Source: an uncultured bacterium
GTDB lineage: Bacteria > Eisenbacteria > RBG-16-71-46 > CAIMUX01 > WJJG01
Direction: 5' to 3'
Length of the DNA stretch: 64,000 nt
Assembly (NCBI GenBank): GCA_964417675.1
Contig: CAYQJL010000282.1
Span: 68,077-132,076, forward strand
Part shown: positions 1 through 11,940 of the stretch, one piece after another
How the letters are laid out: each line of letters begins with the position of its first letter
Numbering within the stretch: position 1 is the first letter of the stretch
Notes under the pieces: generated by a model
Seen by the model: the letters and a program-made list of their open reading frames with translations, nothing else
What the model was told of the DNA's origin: nothing
Databases searched by the model: none
Program-made: the position numbers and the translations under genes

Positions 1-933
1 GAAGCCGCGCCGGCCGGCCGCATCATGGGCTTCGGCCGCGATGCGGCCCGGCATCCGCCGGATGTGCGCCATCCGCGTCGCGAAATAGCCCGCGCTCGGG
101 CCGCCGCACTGCGGCGGCACGCCCAGCGGCTGGATGTCGCCCACGACCGTCTCGGCGCCGAGGTCGCCCGGCGCCTTGAGCACCCCCAACGACAGCGGAT
201 CCGCCGACACCACCAGATGCGGCCGCTTGCCGTCACAGGCCGCAACCGCGGCCCCGATCCGATCGAGCGGTTCGAGCTGTCCGAAGAAGTTCGGCTGCTG
301 GACGAGCACGGCGGCCACCGGCTCCCCGCCCGACAGCGCCTCGACCAGCTCCGCCGGTTCGAGCACTCCCCCGGGGGCGGGCAGGACCTCCATCGCCAGG
401 TCCAGGTTCTCCAGGTAGCTCCGGCAGACGCCCTGAATCCGCGGACTGACCGTCGCCGGCAGCAACACCCGGCGGCCGCGCGTCGCGGCGTGGGCCAGCA
501 GCAAGGCCTCGGCCGCTGCCGAGGCTCCATCGTACATCGAGGCGTTGGCGACCTCGAGACCGCTCAGCGCCGCCATCATCGTCTGAAACTCGAAGATCGC
601 CGCCAGCGTCCCCTGGGCAACCTCCGCCTGGTAGGGCGTGTAGGCCGTGTAGAACTCCGGTCTCAGCACGAGCTGGTCGACGGCCGCCGGGATGGCATGA
701 TCGTACTGGCCGGCGCCCAGGAAGGAGACATACTGCTGGGGATCGTAGTTGCGCTTGGCCAGACGCACGAACTCGCGACGCAACTCCGGCTCGCTCTGGG
801 CCGGGTCGATCGCCAGCAGATCCTTCAGCCTCAGCTCCTCAGGTATCTGCGCGATCAACTCCTCGAACGAGGAGACACCGACGGCTGCGAGCAGCCGCGC
901 TTCTTCCTCGGCCGTGTGACCTATGAAGCTCAC
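1..933 (-). CDS. gcvPA: Glycine dehydrogenase (decarboxylating) subunit 1, GcvPA. N-terminal part only; the gene runs off the window start. GTG start at 933.
   Basis: My own translation of the minus strand from the GTG at 933 gives VSFIGHTAEEEARLLAAVGV...PYQAEVAQGTLAAIFEFQTMMAALSGLEVANASMYDGASAAAEA, the classic GcvPA N-terminus. It lies directly downstream of gcvH. It is not in the ORF track because it is truncated at the edge. Confidence 0.8.
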   Translation of the reverse strand, partial: MSFIGHTAEEEARLLAAVGVSSFEELIAQIPEELRLKDLLAIDPAQSEPELRREFVRLAKRNYDPQQYVSFLGAGQYDHAIPAAVDQLVLRPEFYTAYTPYQAEVAQGTLAAIFEFQTMMAALSGLEVANASMYDGASAAAEALLLAHAATRGRRVLLPATVSPRIQGVCRSYLENLDLAMEVLPAPGGVLEPAELVEALSGGEPVAAVLVQQPNFFGQLEPLDRIGAAVAACDGKRPHLVVSADPLSLGVLKAPGDLGAETVVGDIQPLGVPPQCGGPSAGYFATRMAHIRRMPGRIAAEAHDAAGRRGF

Positions 934-1329
934 TTAGGATTCTCCTCCCAACTCCGCCACCAGCCTGGAATACTCATCCGCTGACATCAGGTCGGTGAGT
1001 TGTCCCGGATCCTTCATCCTGGCCCGCACCATCCAACCCTCCTCGTAGGGGGAGCGGTTGACAACCCCCGGATCGTCGTTGAGGGCATCGTTGGCCGCCA
1101 GGACCTCGCCGCTGACCGGCGAGTACATGTCGGAGACGGCCTTGACGGCTTCGATCGAACCGAAGGCCTCCATGTGGATCAGCTCGGATCCGACCTCGGG
1201 CAGCTCGACGTAGACGATGTCGCCCAGCTGATCCTGGGCATAGTCGGTGATGCCAAAAGTAACCTCGTCACCTTCCACACGTACCCACTCATGCTCCTTG
1301 GTGTACCGCAACTCCTCGGGAAACTCCAT
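934..1329 (-). CDS. gcvH: Glycine cleavage system H protein
   Basis: 131 aa carrying the lipoyl-lysine motif region (EAVKAVSDMYSPVSGEV). It sits between gcvT and gcvPA. Confidence 0.9.
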   Translation of the reverse strand: MEFPEELRYTKEHEWVRVEGDEVTFGITDYAQDQLGDIVYVELPEVGSELIHMEAFGSIEAVKAVSDMYSPVSGEVLAANDALNDDPGVVNRSPYEEGWMVRARMKDPGQLTDLMSADEYSRLVAELGGES

Positions 1330-1387
1330 CGCTCACCCTCCCTGCCACACCCGCGTCCGAGCACGGGCTCACTCGACCACCGTAGGA

Positions 1388-2494
1388 CTACTTCTTGACC
1401 GAACCACTCTTGTAGAAGGGGCGATCGACAATCCGGGCGGCGATCGGCCGGCCCCGGGCATCGATCGTTAGCTCCGTTCCGATCGCGCTCATCTCCGGGG
1501 GTACCAAGCCCATGCCCATCCCCTTCTCCAGGGAGGGACAGAACCCCCCGCTGGTGACGAAGCCCACCTCCCGGCCGCCATCGACAATCGGATACCCGTG
1601 GCGCGGAAGGCGCTTGCCGGCCACCTCGAAACCCACCAAAGTCCGGGTCAGGCCAGCCTCCTTCTGCGCGATCAGCGCATCCCGCCCGACGAAATCCCCC
1701 TTCTTGAGCTTCACGACCCAGCGCAAACCCGCCTCGAGGGGCGTCGTCTCCGTGCTGAGCTCATTGCCGTAGAGCGCGTAGTTGACCTCCATCCGCAGGC
1801 TGTCCCGCGCGCCCAGGCCGATCGGGGCGATTCCCACCCTCTGGCCCCATGCGAAGAGGGTTTCCCACAACGCAATCGCGATCTCGACCGGCGCATAGAT
1901 CTCGAATCCATCTTCGCCGGTGTAGCCGTTGCGGCTCACCAGGATGCGCTGCCCTTTCCAATCCACATAGGTGTATTCGTAATAGCCCACCGCCGCCACC
2001 GCGCCGGCGAATGGATCCTCGAGCAACGCCTCGGCTTGGGGACCCTGCAACGCGATCTGGGCGTAGGCGGCGGTCGCATTCTCGATCTCGATGCCTTGGG
2101 GGGCCTGCTGGCGCATCCAGGCTTCGACCGCGTCCGCGTTGGAGGCATTCGCCACCAGCAACGCCGCATCGCCGAGGTGATAGACGGTCACATCATCGAT
2201 GATTCCGCCGCGCTCGTTGCAGAGCGCGCTGTAGAGCAGCTTGCCTTCCGTCAACTTGGCCAGATTGTTCGTGATCAGGTAGTTGGTGAACTCGATCGCT
2301 TGCGGCCCCCGAAGGAAGAAGCGGCCCATATGCGATACGTCGAACAGGCCGGCCCCCTCGCGGACCGTCTTGTGTTCCTGAAGAATTCCACTGGGGAACT
2401 GCACCGGCATGTCCCAGCCGGCAAACGGAACCATCTTGCCGCCATTGCTGACATGCAGCGCATGGTACGGCGTCCTGCGCAGGATCCTGCTCAT
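1388..2494 (-). CDS. gcvT: Aminomethyltransferase (glycine cleavage T protein)
   Basis: 368 aa. N-terminus RTPYHALHVSNGGKMVPFAGWDMPVQFPSGILQEHKTVREGAGLFDVSHMG is typical of GcvT. Operon order is gcvT-gcvH-gcvP. Confidence 0.9.
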   Translation of the reverse strand: MSRILRRTPYHALHVSNGGKMVPFAGWDMPVQFPSGILQEHKTVREGAGLFDVSHMGRFFLRGPQAIEFTNYLITNNLAKLTEGKLLYSALCNERGGIIDDVTVYHLGDAALLVANASNADAVEAWMRQQAPQGIEIENATAAYAQIALQGPQAEALLEDPFAGAVAAVGYYEYTYVDWKGQRILVSRNGYTGEDGFEIYAPVEIAIALWETLFAWGQRVGIAPIGLGARDSLRMEVNYALYGNELSTETTPLEAGLRWVVKLKKGDFVGRDALIAQKEAGLTRTLVGFEVAGKRLPRHGYPIVDGGREVGFVTSGGFCPSLEKGMGMGLVPPEMSAIGTELTIDARGRPIAARIVDRPFYKSGSVKK

Positions 2495-2666
2495 GCCCCC
2501 TCCTCATGCTTCCCTGGGCCGAATGAAGGACGTTATCATCGCTTCTCCGCGAGGTCAATCCCGGGGCTGTTGGCACCCGCCGCCGGCAGGCCCGGGGGCC
2601 CCCGGCGGATCCACCCCCGACCTTCCGCACCGGGCACTCATTCCTAATCATTTGCACTACGACTAC

Positions 2667-5543
2667 TTATACGACCTGTTCGGCAAGAACGGCGGACAGG
2701 GCACGGCCGGTCCAGGAACTCGGCTGGGCCGCCACCTCTTCCGGTGTGCCGGCGGCCACCACCCTACCGCCCGCGTCCCCTCCCTCGGGACCGAGATCGA
2801 TCAGATAGTCGGCCGATTTGATGACGTCGAGATTGTGCTCGATGATCAGAACTGAATTGCCCGCGTCCACCAACCGCGCCAGCACGCCCAGCAGGACGCG
2901 CACATCCTCGAAATGCAGTCCCGTGGTCGGTTCGTCAAGGATGTAGAGTGTGCGCCCGGTGGCCACCCGGCTCAGCTCGCTGGCCAGTTTGACCCGCTGC
3001 GCCTCCCCGCCGCTCAAGGTCGTGGCCGGTTGGCCGAGATGCAAATACCCGAGCCCCACATCGCGCAGCGTGCCGATTTTGCGCGCCAGGGCCGGGATGG
3101 CCGCGAAGACATCGGCCGCCTCCTCCACGGTCAGGGCCAAGACGTCATGAATGCTCCGTCCCTTGTAGGCAACCTCGAGGGTCTCGCGATTGTAGCGCCG
3201 CCCTGCGCACACTTCGCAGGTGACATAGACATCCGGCAGGAAGTGCATTTCGATCTTGACCTGGCCGTCCCCACGACAGGCCTCGCAACGGCCCCCCTTG
3301 ACATTGAAGCTGAACCGGCCCGGCTTGTAGCCGCGCACGCGCGACTCCGGCAGACGCGCGAAGAGGTCGCGGATGAATGTGAAGGCGCCGGTGTAGGTCG
3401 CCGCGTTCGAGCGCGGCGTCCGGCCGATCGGTGACTGGTCGATGCCGATGACCTTGTCGAGATGCTCCAGACCGACAATGCGGTCATGCTCGCCGGGAAT
3501 CGTGGCCGCCCGGTTGAGCGCCCGCGCCAGGGCCCGGTGCAGGATATCATTGACCAGTGTACTTTTCCCGGACCCGGAGACCCCCGTCACGCACACCAAC
3601 CGCCCGAGGGGGATCGGGACCGCGATGTCCTTCAGATTGTGCTCGCGGGCCCCTCTGACCTCGATCCACTCGCCGCTGCCTTGCCGGCGGCGGCCCGGCC
3701 GGGGAATCGTGCGCTCACCGCGCAGGTAGCTGCCGGTAAGCGAATCGCGCACCCGGGCAACCTCGGCCGGCGTTCCTTGCGCCACCACGCGCCCGCCGAG
3801 CCGGCCGGCGCCGGGACCGAGATCGATCACATGATCGGCCGCCAGCATCGTATCGAGGTCATGCTCGACCACCAGAACGGTGTTGCCCAGGTCACGCAGC
3901 GTGAGCAGGGCATCCAGCAGCCGTTGATTGTCGCGATGGTGCAGCCCGATGCTCGGCTCATCCAGCACGTAGAGCACACCCACCAGTTGCGATCCGATCT
4001 GGGTCGCAAGCCGGATTCTCTGCATTTCCCCGCTCGAGAGGGTGCCGGCTGCACGATCCAGGGTCAGGTACCCCAGTCCGACATTGCGCAGGAAGCCCAG
4101 CCGGTCACGGATCTCCTTGCGGATCTGGCGCGATAGATCGCGCTCGCGGGGCGAGTCGTACAGCGAGTCGACCGCCTCCAGGCTGTCGTTGACGCTCAGC
4201 CGGCTCCACTCATGGATGTTGGAACCACCCGCCCGCACCGCCAGGCTCTCACGGCGCAATCGTGCGCCGCCGCATTCGGAACAGGGACGGGGCGACATCA
4301 GCTTGCCGATCCATTCCCGCATGTCCGCCGACTTGGTCTCGCGGTAGCGGCGCTCGAGATTCGGCACAATCCCCTCGAAGGCGATCTGCCCCTCGTAGCG
4401 TCCCCGGCGGGTCTCGACGGCCACGTCGAAGCGCTGTCCACCGGTCCCTTGGAGGATCAGATTCTGCGCCTGGCGGCCCAGCCGCTTCCACGGCTGGACC
4501 GGATCGAAGCCGTAGCGCCGCCCGAGACCCTTGATCAACTGCCCGGTCCAGCCCGCCATGGCCCCCTGCATGGCCACCAGCGCCCCGCTGAAGACCGACT
4601 TCTCCGGATCCACCACCACCAATCCCGGATCGACCTCCATCAGTGTGCCCAGCCCCTGGCAGCGCGGGCAGGCTCCATGCGGGCTGTTGAAGGAGAAGTT
4701 GCGCGGGTGCAGGTCCGCGAAGCTGCGGCCGCAGCGGACACAGGCCGCGCTTTCGCTGAACAGGCGTTCCTGGCCTTTGGGGCCGACCACCAGCAGGCTG
4801 CCCCCGGCCAGGCGCAGCGCCGTTTCGATCGAGTCGACCCAGCGGCTTCGGCGCCCCGGCTCGATCACCAACCGGTCGATGACGATCTCGATCCGGTGCT
4901 TCTTCTGCCGCGCCAGACGGGGGGGCTCTTCCAGCGAGGCCACTTCGCCGTCGATGCGCACGCGCACGAACCCGCTCTTGTGCCAGGCCGCGAACTCCTT
5001 GCGGTATTCACCCTTGCGATCGCGCACGACCGGGGCCAGGATCATCACCTTCTGGCCGCCGAATTCGGCCTGCACGCCGGCGGCGATTTCATCGATCGTC
5101 TGGGCGCCCACCTGGATTCCGCAGTCGGGACAGAATTGCCGGCCGATCCGGGCAAACAGGACACGCAGGTAATCGTAGATCTCTGTGATGGTGGCCACGG
5201 TGGACCGCGGATTGTGCCCACTGGCCCGCTGATCGATGGCGATGGCCGGTGAGAGACCCTCGATGTGATCCACCTCGGGCTTCTGCATCTGTCCGAGAAA
5301 CTGGCGGGCATACGCCGACAGGCTCTCCACGTAGCGACGCTGCCCCTCCGCGTAGATCGTGTCAAAGGCAAGCGAGCTCTTCCCCGATCCCGACACGCCG
5401 GTGACGACAATCAGCCTGTTGCGCGGCATGACGAGCGAGATGTTCTGCAGATTGTGCTCGCGGGCCCCGCGCACCGTGATCGAGCCGCTTTCCCCTGACC
5501 GTCGGCGGCGCCGGGACGGAGCGGCTGTGTCTTTCTTGCTCAT
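2667..5543 (-). CDS. uvrA: Excinuclease ABC subunit A
   Basis: Two ABC ATPase modules ([10 protein letters not shown] and a second Walker A), zinc-finger cysteines, about 958 aa. The ORF extends to 5633, but the first plausible start is ATG at 5543 (MSKKDT). Confidence 0.9.
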   Translation of the reverse strand: MSKKDTAAPSRRRRRSGESGSITVRGAREHNLQNISLVMPRNRLIVVTGVSGSGKSSLAFDTIYAEGQRRYVESLSAYARQFLGQMQKPEVDHIEGLSPAIAIDQRASGHNPRSTVATITEIYDYLRVLFARIGRQFCPDCGIQVGAQTIDEIAAGVQAEFGGQKVMILAPVVRDRKGEYRKEFAAWHKSGFVRVRIDGEVASLEEPPRLARQKKHRIEIVIDRLVIEPGRRSRWVDSIETALRLAGGSLLVVGPKGQERLFSESAACVRCGRSFADLHPRNFSFNSPHGACPRCQGLGTLMEVDPGLVVVDPEKSVFSGALVAMQGAMAGWTGQLIKGLGRRYGFDPVQPWKRLGRQAQNLILQGTGGQRFDVAVETRRGRYEGQIAFEGIVPNLERRYRETKSADMREWIGKLMSPRPCSECGGARLRRESLAVRAGGSNIHEWSRLSVNDSLEAVDSLYDSPRERDLSRQIRKEIRDRLGFLRNVGLGYLTLDRAAGTLSSGEMQRIRLATQIGSQLVGVLYVLDEPSIGLHHRDNQRLLDALLTLRDLGNTVLVVEHDLDTMLAADHVIDLGPGAGRLGGRVVAQGTPAEVARVRDSLTGSYLRGERTIPRPGRRRQGSGEWIEVRGAREHNLKDIAVPIPLGRLVCVTGVSGSGKSTLVNDILHRALARALNRAATIPGEHDRIVGLEHLDKVIGIDQSPIGRTPRSNAATYTGAFTFIRDLFARLPESRVRGYKPGRFSFNVKGGRCEACRGDGQVKIEMHFLPDVYVTCEVCAGRRYNRETLEVAYKGRSIHDVLALTVEEAADVFAAIPALARKIGTLRDVGLGYLHLGQPATTLSGGEAQRVKLASELSRVATGRTLYILDEPTTGLHFEDVRVLLGVLARLVDAGNSVLIIEHNLDVIKSADYLIDLGPEGGDAGGRVVAAGTPEEVAAQPSSWTGRALSAVLAEQVV

Positions 5544-5610
5544 CTTCGCCTCATGCCCGCGGCCGTCGCGAGGAACGTCCCCCGATGCCTCGCGCAACGA
5601 ACGCGACAGG

Positions 5611-6921
5611 CTATTCGTAGCGCAGTGCTTCAATCGGATCCTGTTTGGAGGCGTGCCAGGCAGGATAGAGCCCGAAGAATATACCGATCATCGTCGAGAG
5701 AGCCAGAGCAAAAAAGACCACCCCCAGCGGCAAGGCGGCCGGCAGCGGCGACACCCAGGAGACGATCAGGGCCAACCCAGCGCCCCCCAGGATGCCCACC
5801 GCCCCACCAATCAGGGTCAGGGTGACCGCCTCGGCGAGAAACTGCAGCAGCAGATCGCTGCGCCGGGCGCCGACCGCGCGACGCACCCCGATTTCGCGGG
5901 TTCGCTCGCGCACGGAGACCAGCATCATATTCATGATTCCGATGCCGCCGACGGCCAGGGCGATCCCGGAGACCAGGAGCATCACCGCATAGATCGCACG
6001 CGTGAGGTTCGTGTAGAGCGCCATCAGGGTTTCCTGGGTGGTGAGGCCGAAATCGTTGTCTTCCTCGGCCCCCAGCCCGCGGCGGCGGCGCATCAGCGAT
6101 TCGACCTCCTCCCGGGCCATATGCATCTGCGGCTGGGTGTGCGGCTGAATCAGGATGTAGTCCAGGATCTCGCCCCAGCCGCGCTCCTGTTGCAGGGTCG
6201 TGACCGGAACCGCCACGACCTCATCCTGGTTGTTGCCCAGGATCTGCCCCTTGGCGTCGAAGACGCCGATGACCCGGTAGCGATAGGATCCCGCCCTGAC
6301 ATCCTGGCCCAGCGGGTCGATGGCGCCGAAGAGAACATCGGCCACGTCCGCACCGAGGACACAGACCCGTGCCCTCGCGAGCACCTCGCCCCCGGTGAAG
6401 AACCGTCCCCGCGACAGACTCCGATCCTCGACGGCCGGCATGTCGGCGCCGGTGCCCTGGATCGTGATCGGCTTGGTCTCCTCGGCCTGCCAGGCGACCG
6501 TCTGGGTGGTGGCCGCATTCGGACAGACCATCGCCACCGACGCGCACTGCTCGAGGATGGCCTCGGCATCCTGCAGCGTCAAATCCGGGCGCGTCTCACG
6601 CCGCCCGGGTCCCCCGACCTGGATGCTGGCCTCATGCTTGGTCAGGTAGATGCTGCCCGATCCCAGTGACGCCAAGCTCTTCGCCATGCTCCGGTCGAGA
6701 CCGGAGAGAATGGCGGCCATCGCCACGACGGTGCCCACGCCGATGACAATACCCAGCAGGGTCAACGCGCTGCGCAACTTGTTCGCGAGCAACGCGCGCA
6801 GGGCAATCCGAACGCTTTCGGCCAGCAGGCTGGCCGATCCTCGCACGCGCTCGGACCGGGCGAGCCACGGGCGCGGGCCCGCGGTCGGCCTTGGCAGCGC
6901 TGTTGGCGGCAACGACGTCAT
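5611..6921 (-). CDS. ABC transporter permease, MacB/FtsX family (second permease of the efflux operon)
   Basis: Four TM helices, a large periplasmic loop and the FtsX-type C-terminal motif ([24 protein letters not shown]). ORF runs to 7080; I place the start at ATG 6921 (MTSLPP), 7 nt after the stop of the upstream permease. Confidence 0.8.
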   Translation of the reverse strand: MTSLPPTALPRPTAGPRPWLARSERVRGSASLLAESVRIALRALLANKLRSALTLLGIVIGVGTVVAMAAILSGLDRSMAKSLASLGSGSIYLTKHEASIQVGGPGRRETRPDLTLQDAEAILEQCASVAMVCPNAATTQTVAWQAEETKPITIQGTGADMPAVEDRSLSRGRFFTGGEVLARARVCVLGADVADVLFGAIDPLGQDVRAGSYRYRVIGVFDAKGQILGNNQDEVVAVPVTTLQQERGWGEILDYILIQPHTQPQMHMAREEVESLMRRRRGLGAEEDNDFGLTTQETLMALYTNLTRAIYAVMLLVSGIALAVGGIGIMNMMLVSVRERTREIGVRRAVGARRSDLLLQFLAEAVTLTLIGGAVGILGGAGLALIVSWVSPLPAALPLGVVFFALALSTMIGIFFGLYPAWHASKQDPIEALRYE

Positions 6922-6928
6922 CGACTCC

Positions 6929-8152
6929 CTACTTCTCGTGGCTGAGGGCCTGGACCGGTGATAGCGCGGCCGCCCGTGACGCGGGATAGAGCCCCGCGCC
7001 CAACCCCACCAGGCCGGCCAGTGCCAGGCTGATGCCCACCGACCAGACCTCCACCCGGGCCGGCAGCGGCGTGAAAGCATTCACGCCCACGGCGATGATC
7101 CCGCCGATCAGAACTCCGATCAGCCCGCCTCCCAGCGCCAGCACCAGCGCCTCGACCAGAAACTGCCCCAGGATATCGCGGCGGCGCGCCCCGACAGCCT
7201 TGCGAATCCCGATCTCGCGTGTACGCTCGGTCACGGCCACCAGCATGATGTTCATCATCACGATCCCGCCGACGACCAAGCTGAGAGCCACGATCGCGAT
7301 CATGGCCAGATAGAAGAGCCCGGTCGTCTGCCGGTAGAACTCATAGTAGGTTTCGGAGGTTTGTATGCCGAAGTCCGGCTCGTCCCACGGTTCGAGACCG
7401 CGGGCGATCTTCATATGAAGCTGCGCCTCCTCCTGCGCCGCCTCAAAGAGCTCGGGGGCCGCCGCCAGCACCGTGATCTCCAGGGAGCCACCGCGGCCGT
7501 AGAGCTGCTGGAAGGTATCGAGCGAGATCAGGGCCACGTTGTCGCGGGATTGCCCCAGGATCTTCCCCTGCGCGGCAAGAACGCCGATCACCCAGAATGT
7601 ATCGCCTGCGATCCGGACCTGCTGGCCGAGCGGCTCGATGGCCCCGAAGAGGGGCTCGGCGATATCAGCGCCGATCACCACCGCCCGGGTCCCCGAGACG
7701 CCCTCCTCCAGCGTGAGATGGCGGCCGGCCGCCAGGCGGTAGGCATCCCCCAGCAAGGGATAGTCGCCACAGATCCCGGTCACCCGCACGTCGCGGGCCT
7801 TCTCCCCCCGCCAATCGAAATCAACCATCCGGCCCACCGAAGGCACGATCGCCGCGGCCGTGGTCATCCGCTCCTCGAGATAGCGGGCCTGCTCCCGGCG
7901 GATATCCTTGCGACGCAGGGCCTGGAACCAGTCCTGCTCGCTCGTGATCATGCCGAACTTCCCGATGCTGAAGGTGTGCGACCCCAGGGAGAGCATCTCC
8001 TGCGCCACATAGCGATTCAGGCCCTGCGTGATCGCAACGACCGAAACCACCGAGACGACGCCGACCACCGTTCCCAGGACGGTCAGGAGAGAGCGCATCC
8101 GGTTGGCCGACAGCGCCACCATGGCGCTCTTGATGGCCTCCCACAACTGCAT
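6929..8152 (-). CDS. ABC transporter permease, MacB/FtsX family (first permease)
   Basis: 407 aa with the FtsX motif (MNIMLVAVTERTREIGIRKAVGARR). It is a paralog of the downstream permease (conserved TREIG motif, only moderate overall similarity), which suggests a heterodimeric LolC/LolE-like pair. Confidence 0.85.
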   Translation of the reverse strand: MQLWEAIKSAMVALSANRMRSLLTVLGTVVGVVSVVSVVAITQGLNRYVAQEMLSLGSHTFSIGKFGMITSEQDWFQALRRKDIRREQARYLEERMTTAAAIVPSVGRMVDFDWRGEKARDVRVTGICGDYPLLGDAYRLAAGRHLTLEEGVSGTRAVVIGADIAEPLFGAIEPLGQQVRIAGDTFWVIGVLAAQGKILGQSRDNVALISLDTFQQLYGRGGSLEITVLAAAPELFEAAQEEAQLHMKIARGLEPWDEPDFGIQTSETYYEFYRQTTGLFYLAMIAIVALSLVVGGIVMMNIMLVAVTERTREIGIRKAVGARRRDILGQFLVEALVLALGGGLIGVLIGGIIAVGVNAFTPLPARVEVWSVGISLALAGLVGLGAGLYPASRAAALSPVQALSHEK

Positions 8153-8170
8153 CCGTGCTGCTCCCGATGC

Positions 8171-8208
8171 TCCTCGGTGGTCCTCGGTGGTCCTCGGTGG
8201 TCCTTGGC
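8171..8208. repeat. 10-bp tandem repeat, 3.8 copies (TCCTCGGTGG)
   Basis: Direct reading. Sits in the 58-nt spacer between the ABC ATPase stop and the permease start. Confidence 0.8.
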
Positions 8209-8210
8209 CG

Positions 8211-9023
<813 letters not shown>

Positions 9024-9080
9024 GCCTGTTCCTCCCTACGCCCCCCGGGCATGAGCGCCTTCCAGCGGAGGCGGGCCGCG

Positions 9081-10373
9081 CTAGCGATCGCTTGATCCGG
9101 CCTGCTCCGGCCGAGGGCGGACTGCTTCCCCCTGACCAAGACGGCGAAGAATGCGGTACGGGCCGGAGATGACCACGTCATCCTCAGAAACTCCGGTCCC
9201 CGCCTCGACATAGGTCTCCCCGCGCACACCGGTCTTGATGCGGCGGAACAGGGCCTTGCCCTCTTCCATCACAAACACCCCCGGCACCAAATCGCTCCGC
9301 CCGGGTCCGGCGGCCGTACGCCCGGGGCGCCCTTCACCGCTGGCCTCAGCGAGTTGATCCTGGGCGTCACCCTCCTCTTCACCGGCTTCCCAGCGCTGCA
9401 CCGTCTCCTGCGCGCGGGCCACCAATGACTGAATCGGAACGCTGAGGACGTCCTCGGCGGTGGCCGTCAGGATCTCCACGTCGGCGCTCATGCCCGGCCG
9501 CAACCAGGCGGGTGGCTCGCTGATCGTGACATGAACCTCGAACTCGGCGCCTTCATCACGGGACGAACGCGTCCCGGACTCTCCGACGGTCGTCACCAGG
9601 CCGTCCAGCGGCTGATCACGCAGGGCATCGACCTCGATCCGGACACGCTGACCGGGTTCCACCAAGACGACATCGCTCTCATTGACGCGCGCCTTGACCT
9701 CCATACGCGCCAGGTCGGCAATGGTGAGAACCACCGTGCCGGGATTGTTCATGGTGCCGATGAGGACATTCTCCCCCTCTTCGATGTTCAAAGCGGTCAC
9801 GACCCCGTTCATGGGCGCCGTGAAGCGGGTCTCCTCGAGATCCCGCCTGGATTCGTCCAGGGCGGCCTGCTGGCGCGCGATCTCATCGCGCCGGCTTGCC
9901 ACCCCGGCGTCATGGACTCGCAGGTCCACACGGGCGGCCTCGAGTTCCTCAATGGAAAGCAAACCCCGGGCGTAGAGATCCTCGCGGCGGGTCAGCACCT
10001 GAGCGGCCAGCTCCTGTTGGGCCTCGGCGAGCAGAAGCTGGGAGCGGGCCGCGCTGAGCAGCGCCTCATACTGGGCCACGGCGGAACGATAGCGCGTATC
10101 GTCGAGCACCAGCAGCGGATCGCCCTTGGCCACGGACTGGCCCTCGCGAACCAGGAGCCGATCCACGCGGCCGCTGACATTGCTGCTGATGTCCACGGAC
10201 AGGATGGGCTGAACCAAGCCGGGCGCACGCACCCAGCGCTCCAGCGACCGGCGTTCGACGCCCTCCACATCGACCTGCGCCGCGTCGCTCCGTTTGCCCA
10301 CCAGATTGGCGAGAATCAGGGCAGCCAGCAGCGCGAGCGCGGCCAGCGGAATCCACACCTGCTTTCGTCGCAT
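9081..10373 (-). CDS. Efflux transporter periplasmic adaptor subunit (HlyD/MacA family)
   Basis: N-terminal TM anchor, coiled-coil, and biotinyl-lipoyl and beta-barrel regions typical of membrane fusion proteins. Start chosen at ATG 10373 (MRRKQVWIPL); the longer ORF to 10526 overlaps the tolC-like gene. Confidence 0.85.
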   Translation of the reverse strand: MRRKQVWIPLAALALLAALILANLVGKRSDAAQVDVEGVERRSLERWVRAPGLVQPILSVDISSNVSGRVDRLLVREGQSVAKGDPLLVLDDTRYRSAVAQYEALLSAARSQLLLAEAQQELAAQVLTRREDLYARGLLSIEELEAARVDLRVHDAGVASRRDEIARQQAALDESRRDLEETRFTAPMNGVVTALNIEEGENVLIGTMNNPGTVVLTIADLARMEVKARVNESDVVLVEPGQRVRIEVDALRDQPLDGLVTTVGESGTRSSRDEGAEFEVHVTISEPPAWLRPGMSADVEILTATAEDVLSVPIQSLVARAQETVQRWEAGEEEGDAQDQLAEASGEGRPGRTAAGPGRSDLVPGVFVMEEGKALFRRIKTGVRGETYVEAGTGVSEDDVVISGPYRILRRLGQGEAVRPRPEQAGSSDR

Positions 10374-10417
10374 CCCCCCCCCTTGGGATGTGCGCCGCGA
10401 CCGGCGCACCGCCAAAC

Positions 10418-11764
10418 CTACTGCCCCACCGCCTTCCAGAAGCGAACGTGAGACAGCCACAGGTTGATCTGAGACTGAATGAGCGACAGCCTGGCGCGCC
10501 GCAGAGCCAGATTGGCATTGTCCCATTCGAGCAGCGTGCCGGCGCCGCTCTCGTACAGGGCCTGCTGCAGGCGCAGATTCTCCTCGGCGAGCCGGACGCT
10601 GCTCTCCGCCGCATGCAGACTCTCACGCTCCTTCCGAATGCTCAGGAAGCTATCCTTGACCTCCAGCGCCACGGACTTCTCCTCGAACTCGAGGATCTCG
10701 CGCTGCGCCCGCCGCTCTCCGACGGCACGCTCGATGCGGCCCTCCCGGCCGAATCCATCGAACAGAGGCAGTGAGGCCGACAACTGCCAGCGCCAGACCG
10801 TCGAAGTCTGATTGTCGCTCTCGAAATCCAGCCACGGATTGTCGGACGAACCGCTGGTGCTCCACTGATACGCGGCCGAGACCGACGGCAACCGCCCCAG
10901 CTTGGCCGACTTCTCCGCCCAGTGGGCCGCCTCGACGCGGCTACGGGCGGCCTGCAGATCCGGGCGTGCGATCAGGGCCCGGGTGATCCAATCGTCGAGA
11001 CTGCCTTCGGGATCGCGGTCGGGCAAGACCAGGGTGGTATCCAGTGAGAGATCCAGGCGCGGGTCGAGGCCCATCTGCATGGCCAGCCGGGACAGCTCGA
11101 CCCGAACCGCGTTGCGGCGCTCGATCAGGATCTGTTCCGCCTGGGCCAGATTCACCTTGGCCTGAAGCACATCGCTGCGGGCGACCGATCCCAGCTGAAA
11201 CAGCGTCTCCGAACGCCGCAGCTGTTCACGACTGACCTGGACCGCCCCGGTTTCCACGTCGGCAACCTTGATGGCCGCCAAGCAGGCATAGAACTGCTGC
11301 TTGGTCGCCGCGATCAGATCCGCCTCCGTATTGATGAACTCATCCGACGAGGCCGCATACTGACGGCGGCTGCTGCGGATATCCGCGTAGGCCGAGAGGT
11401 CCAGGACGGTCTGGCGAAAGGAGAAGCTCAGACTGCCGTCGTACTTGATGATGATGGGGTCGGTCCCATACTCCGAAATGAAGGCCGTTCTTTCCGGCCA
11501 CTGCCGGTTCCAACCCGCCCCGAGACTGAGTGAGGGAAGATAGGCACTGGCCGCCATGCGCGAACTCCCGCGGGCGCTCTGCAGATTGGCCTGGGCGCGT
11601 GCCAGCTGATCGCTCTGCTCCCGCGAAATCTCCACGCACATCTCCAAAGTCAACGGCCTGCCCAGGTCCGGCGCGGCCACCGCACTCCCCTGGCCGGCGC
11701 TCACCATGACTCCCAACAGGAAGGCTCCCACGGCCCTGCGCCGCCCGTCTACCCTACGTTCCAT
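10418..11764 (-). CDS. TolC-family outer membrane efflux protein
   Basis: Signal peptide followed by two repeats of the TolC helix/beta architecture. It is the first gene of the five-gene efflux operon. Start chosen at ATG 11764 (MERRVDGRRRAVGAFLLG). Confidence 0.8.
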   Translation of the reverse strand: MERRVDGRRRAVGAFLLGVMVSAGQGSAVAAPDLGRPLTLEMCVEISREQSDQLARAQANLQSARGSSRMAASAYLPSLSLGAGWNRQWPERTAFISEYGTDPIIIKYDGSLSFSFRQTVLDLSAYADIRSSRRQYAASSDEFINTEADLIAATKQQFYACLAAIKVADVETGAVQVSREQLRRSETLFQLGSVARSDVLQAKVNLAQAEQILIERRNAVRVELSRLAMQMGLDPRLDLSLDTTLVLPDRDPEGSLDDWITRALIARPDLQAARSRVEAAHWAEKSAKLGRLPSVSAAYQWSTSGSSDNPWLDFESDNQTSTVWRWQLSASLPLFDGFGREGRIERAVGERRAQREILEFEEKSVALEVKDSFLSIRKERESLHAAESSVRLAEENLRLQQALYESGAGTLLEWDNANLALRRARLSLIQSQINLWLSHVRFWKAVGQ

Positions 11765-11940
11765 CGGTCTCCTCCCGCTTCCATACATGCGTCCCAAGCC
11801 GGGGCCATTGCGCCCATATATCCAGTACCCCTGCCCAGACTTACGAATCTTGACGCCGTTGGGTTTCCGGTGCAAACGAAAACCGACAGGCCCGTACGGG
11901 ACCTGCCCGTCGTCTTCGGCTCTCTGACGGAAGACCGTTC

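Noticed and set aside
25-984. 319-aa plus-strand ORF covering the start of the window
   Set aside because: Arginine-rich nonsense translation antisense to a clear gcvPA coding sequence on the minus strand. It is a typical GC-driven shadow ORF.
2495-2666. Glycine riboswitch expected upstream of gcvT
   Set aside because: The 172-nt spacer shows a 14-nt perfect palindrome (CCGGGGGCCCCCGG). I could not find the conserved glycine-aptamer core motifs, and the spacer is short for a tandem aptamer. I therefore do not call it. A covariance-model search with RF00504 would settle it.
5544-5633. N-terminal 30-codon extension of uvrA to the first ATG of the ORF
   Set aside because: The extension ([30 protein letters not shown]) is not UvrA-like. 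The downstream ATG at 5543 gives a normal UvrA N-terminus.
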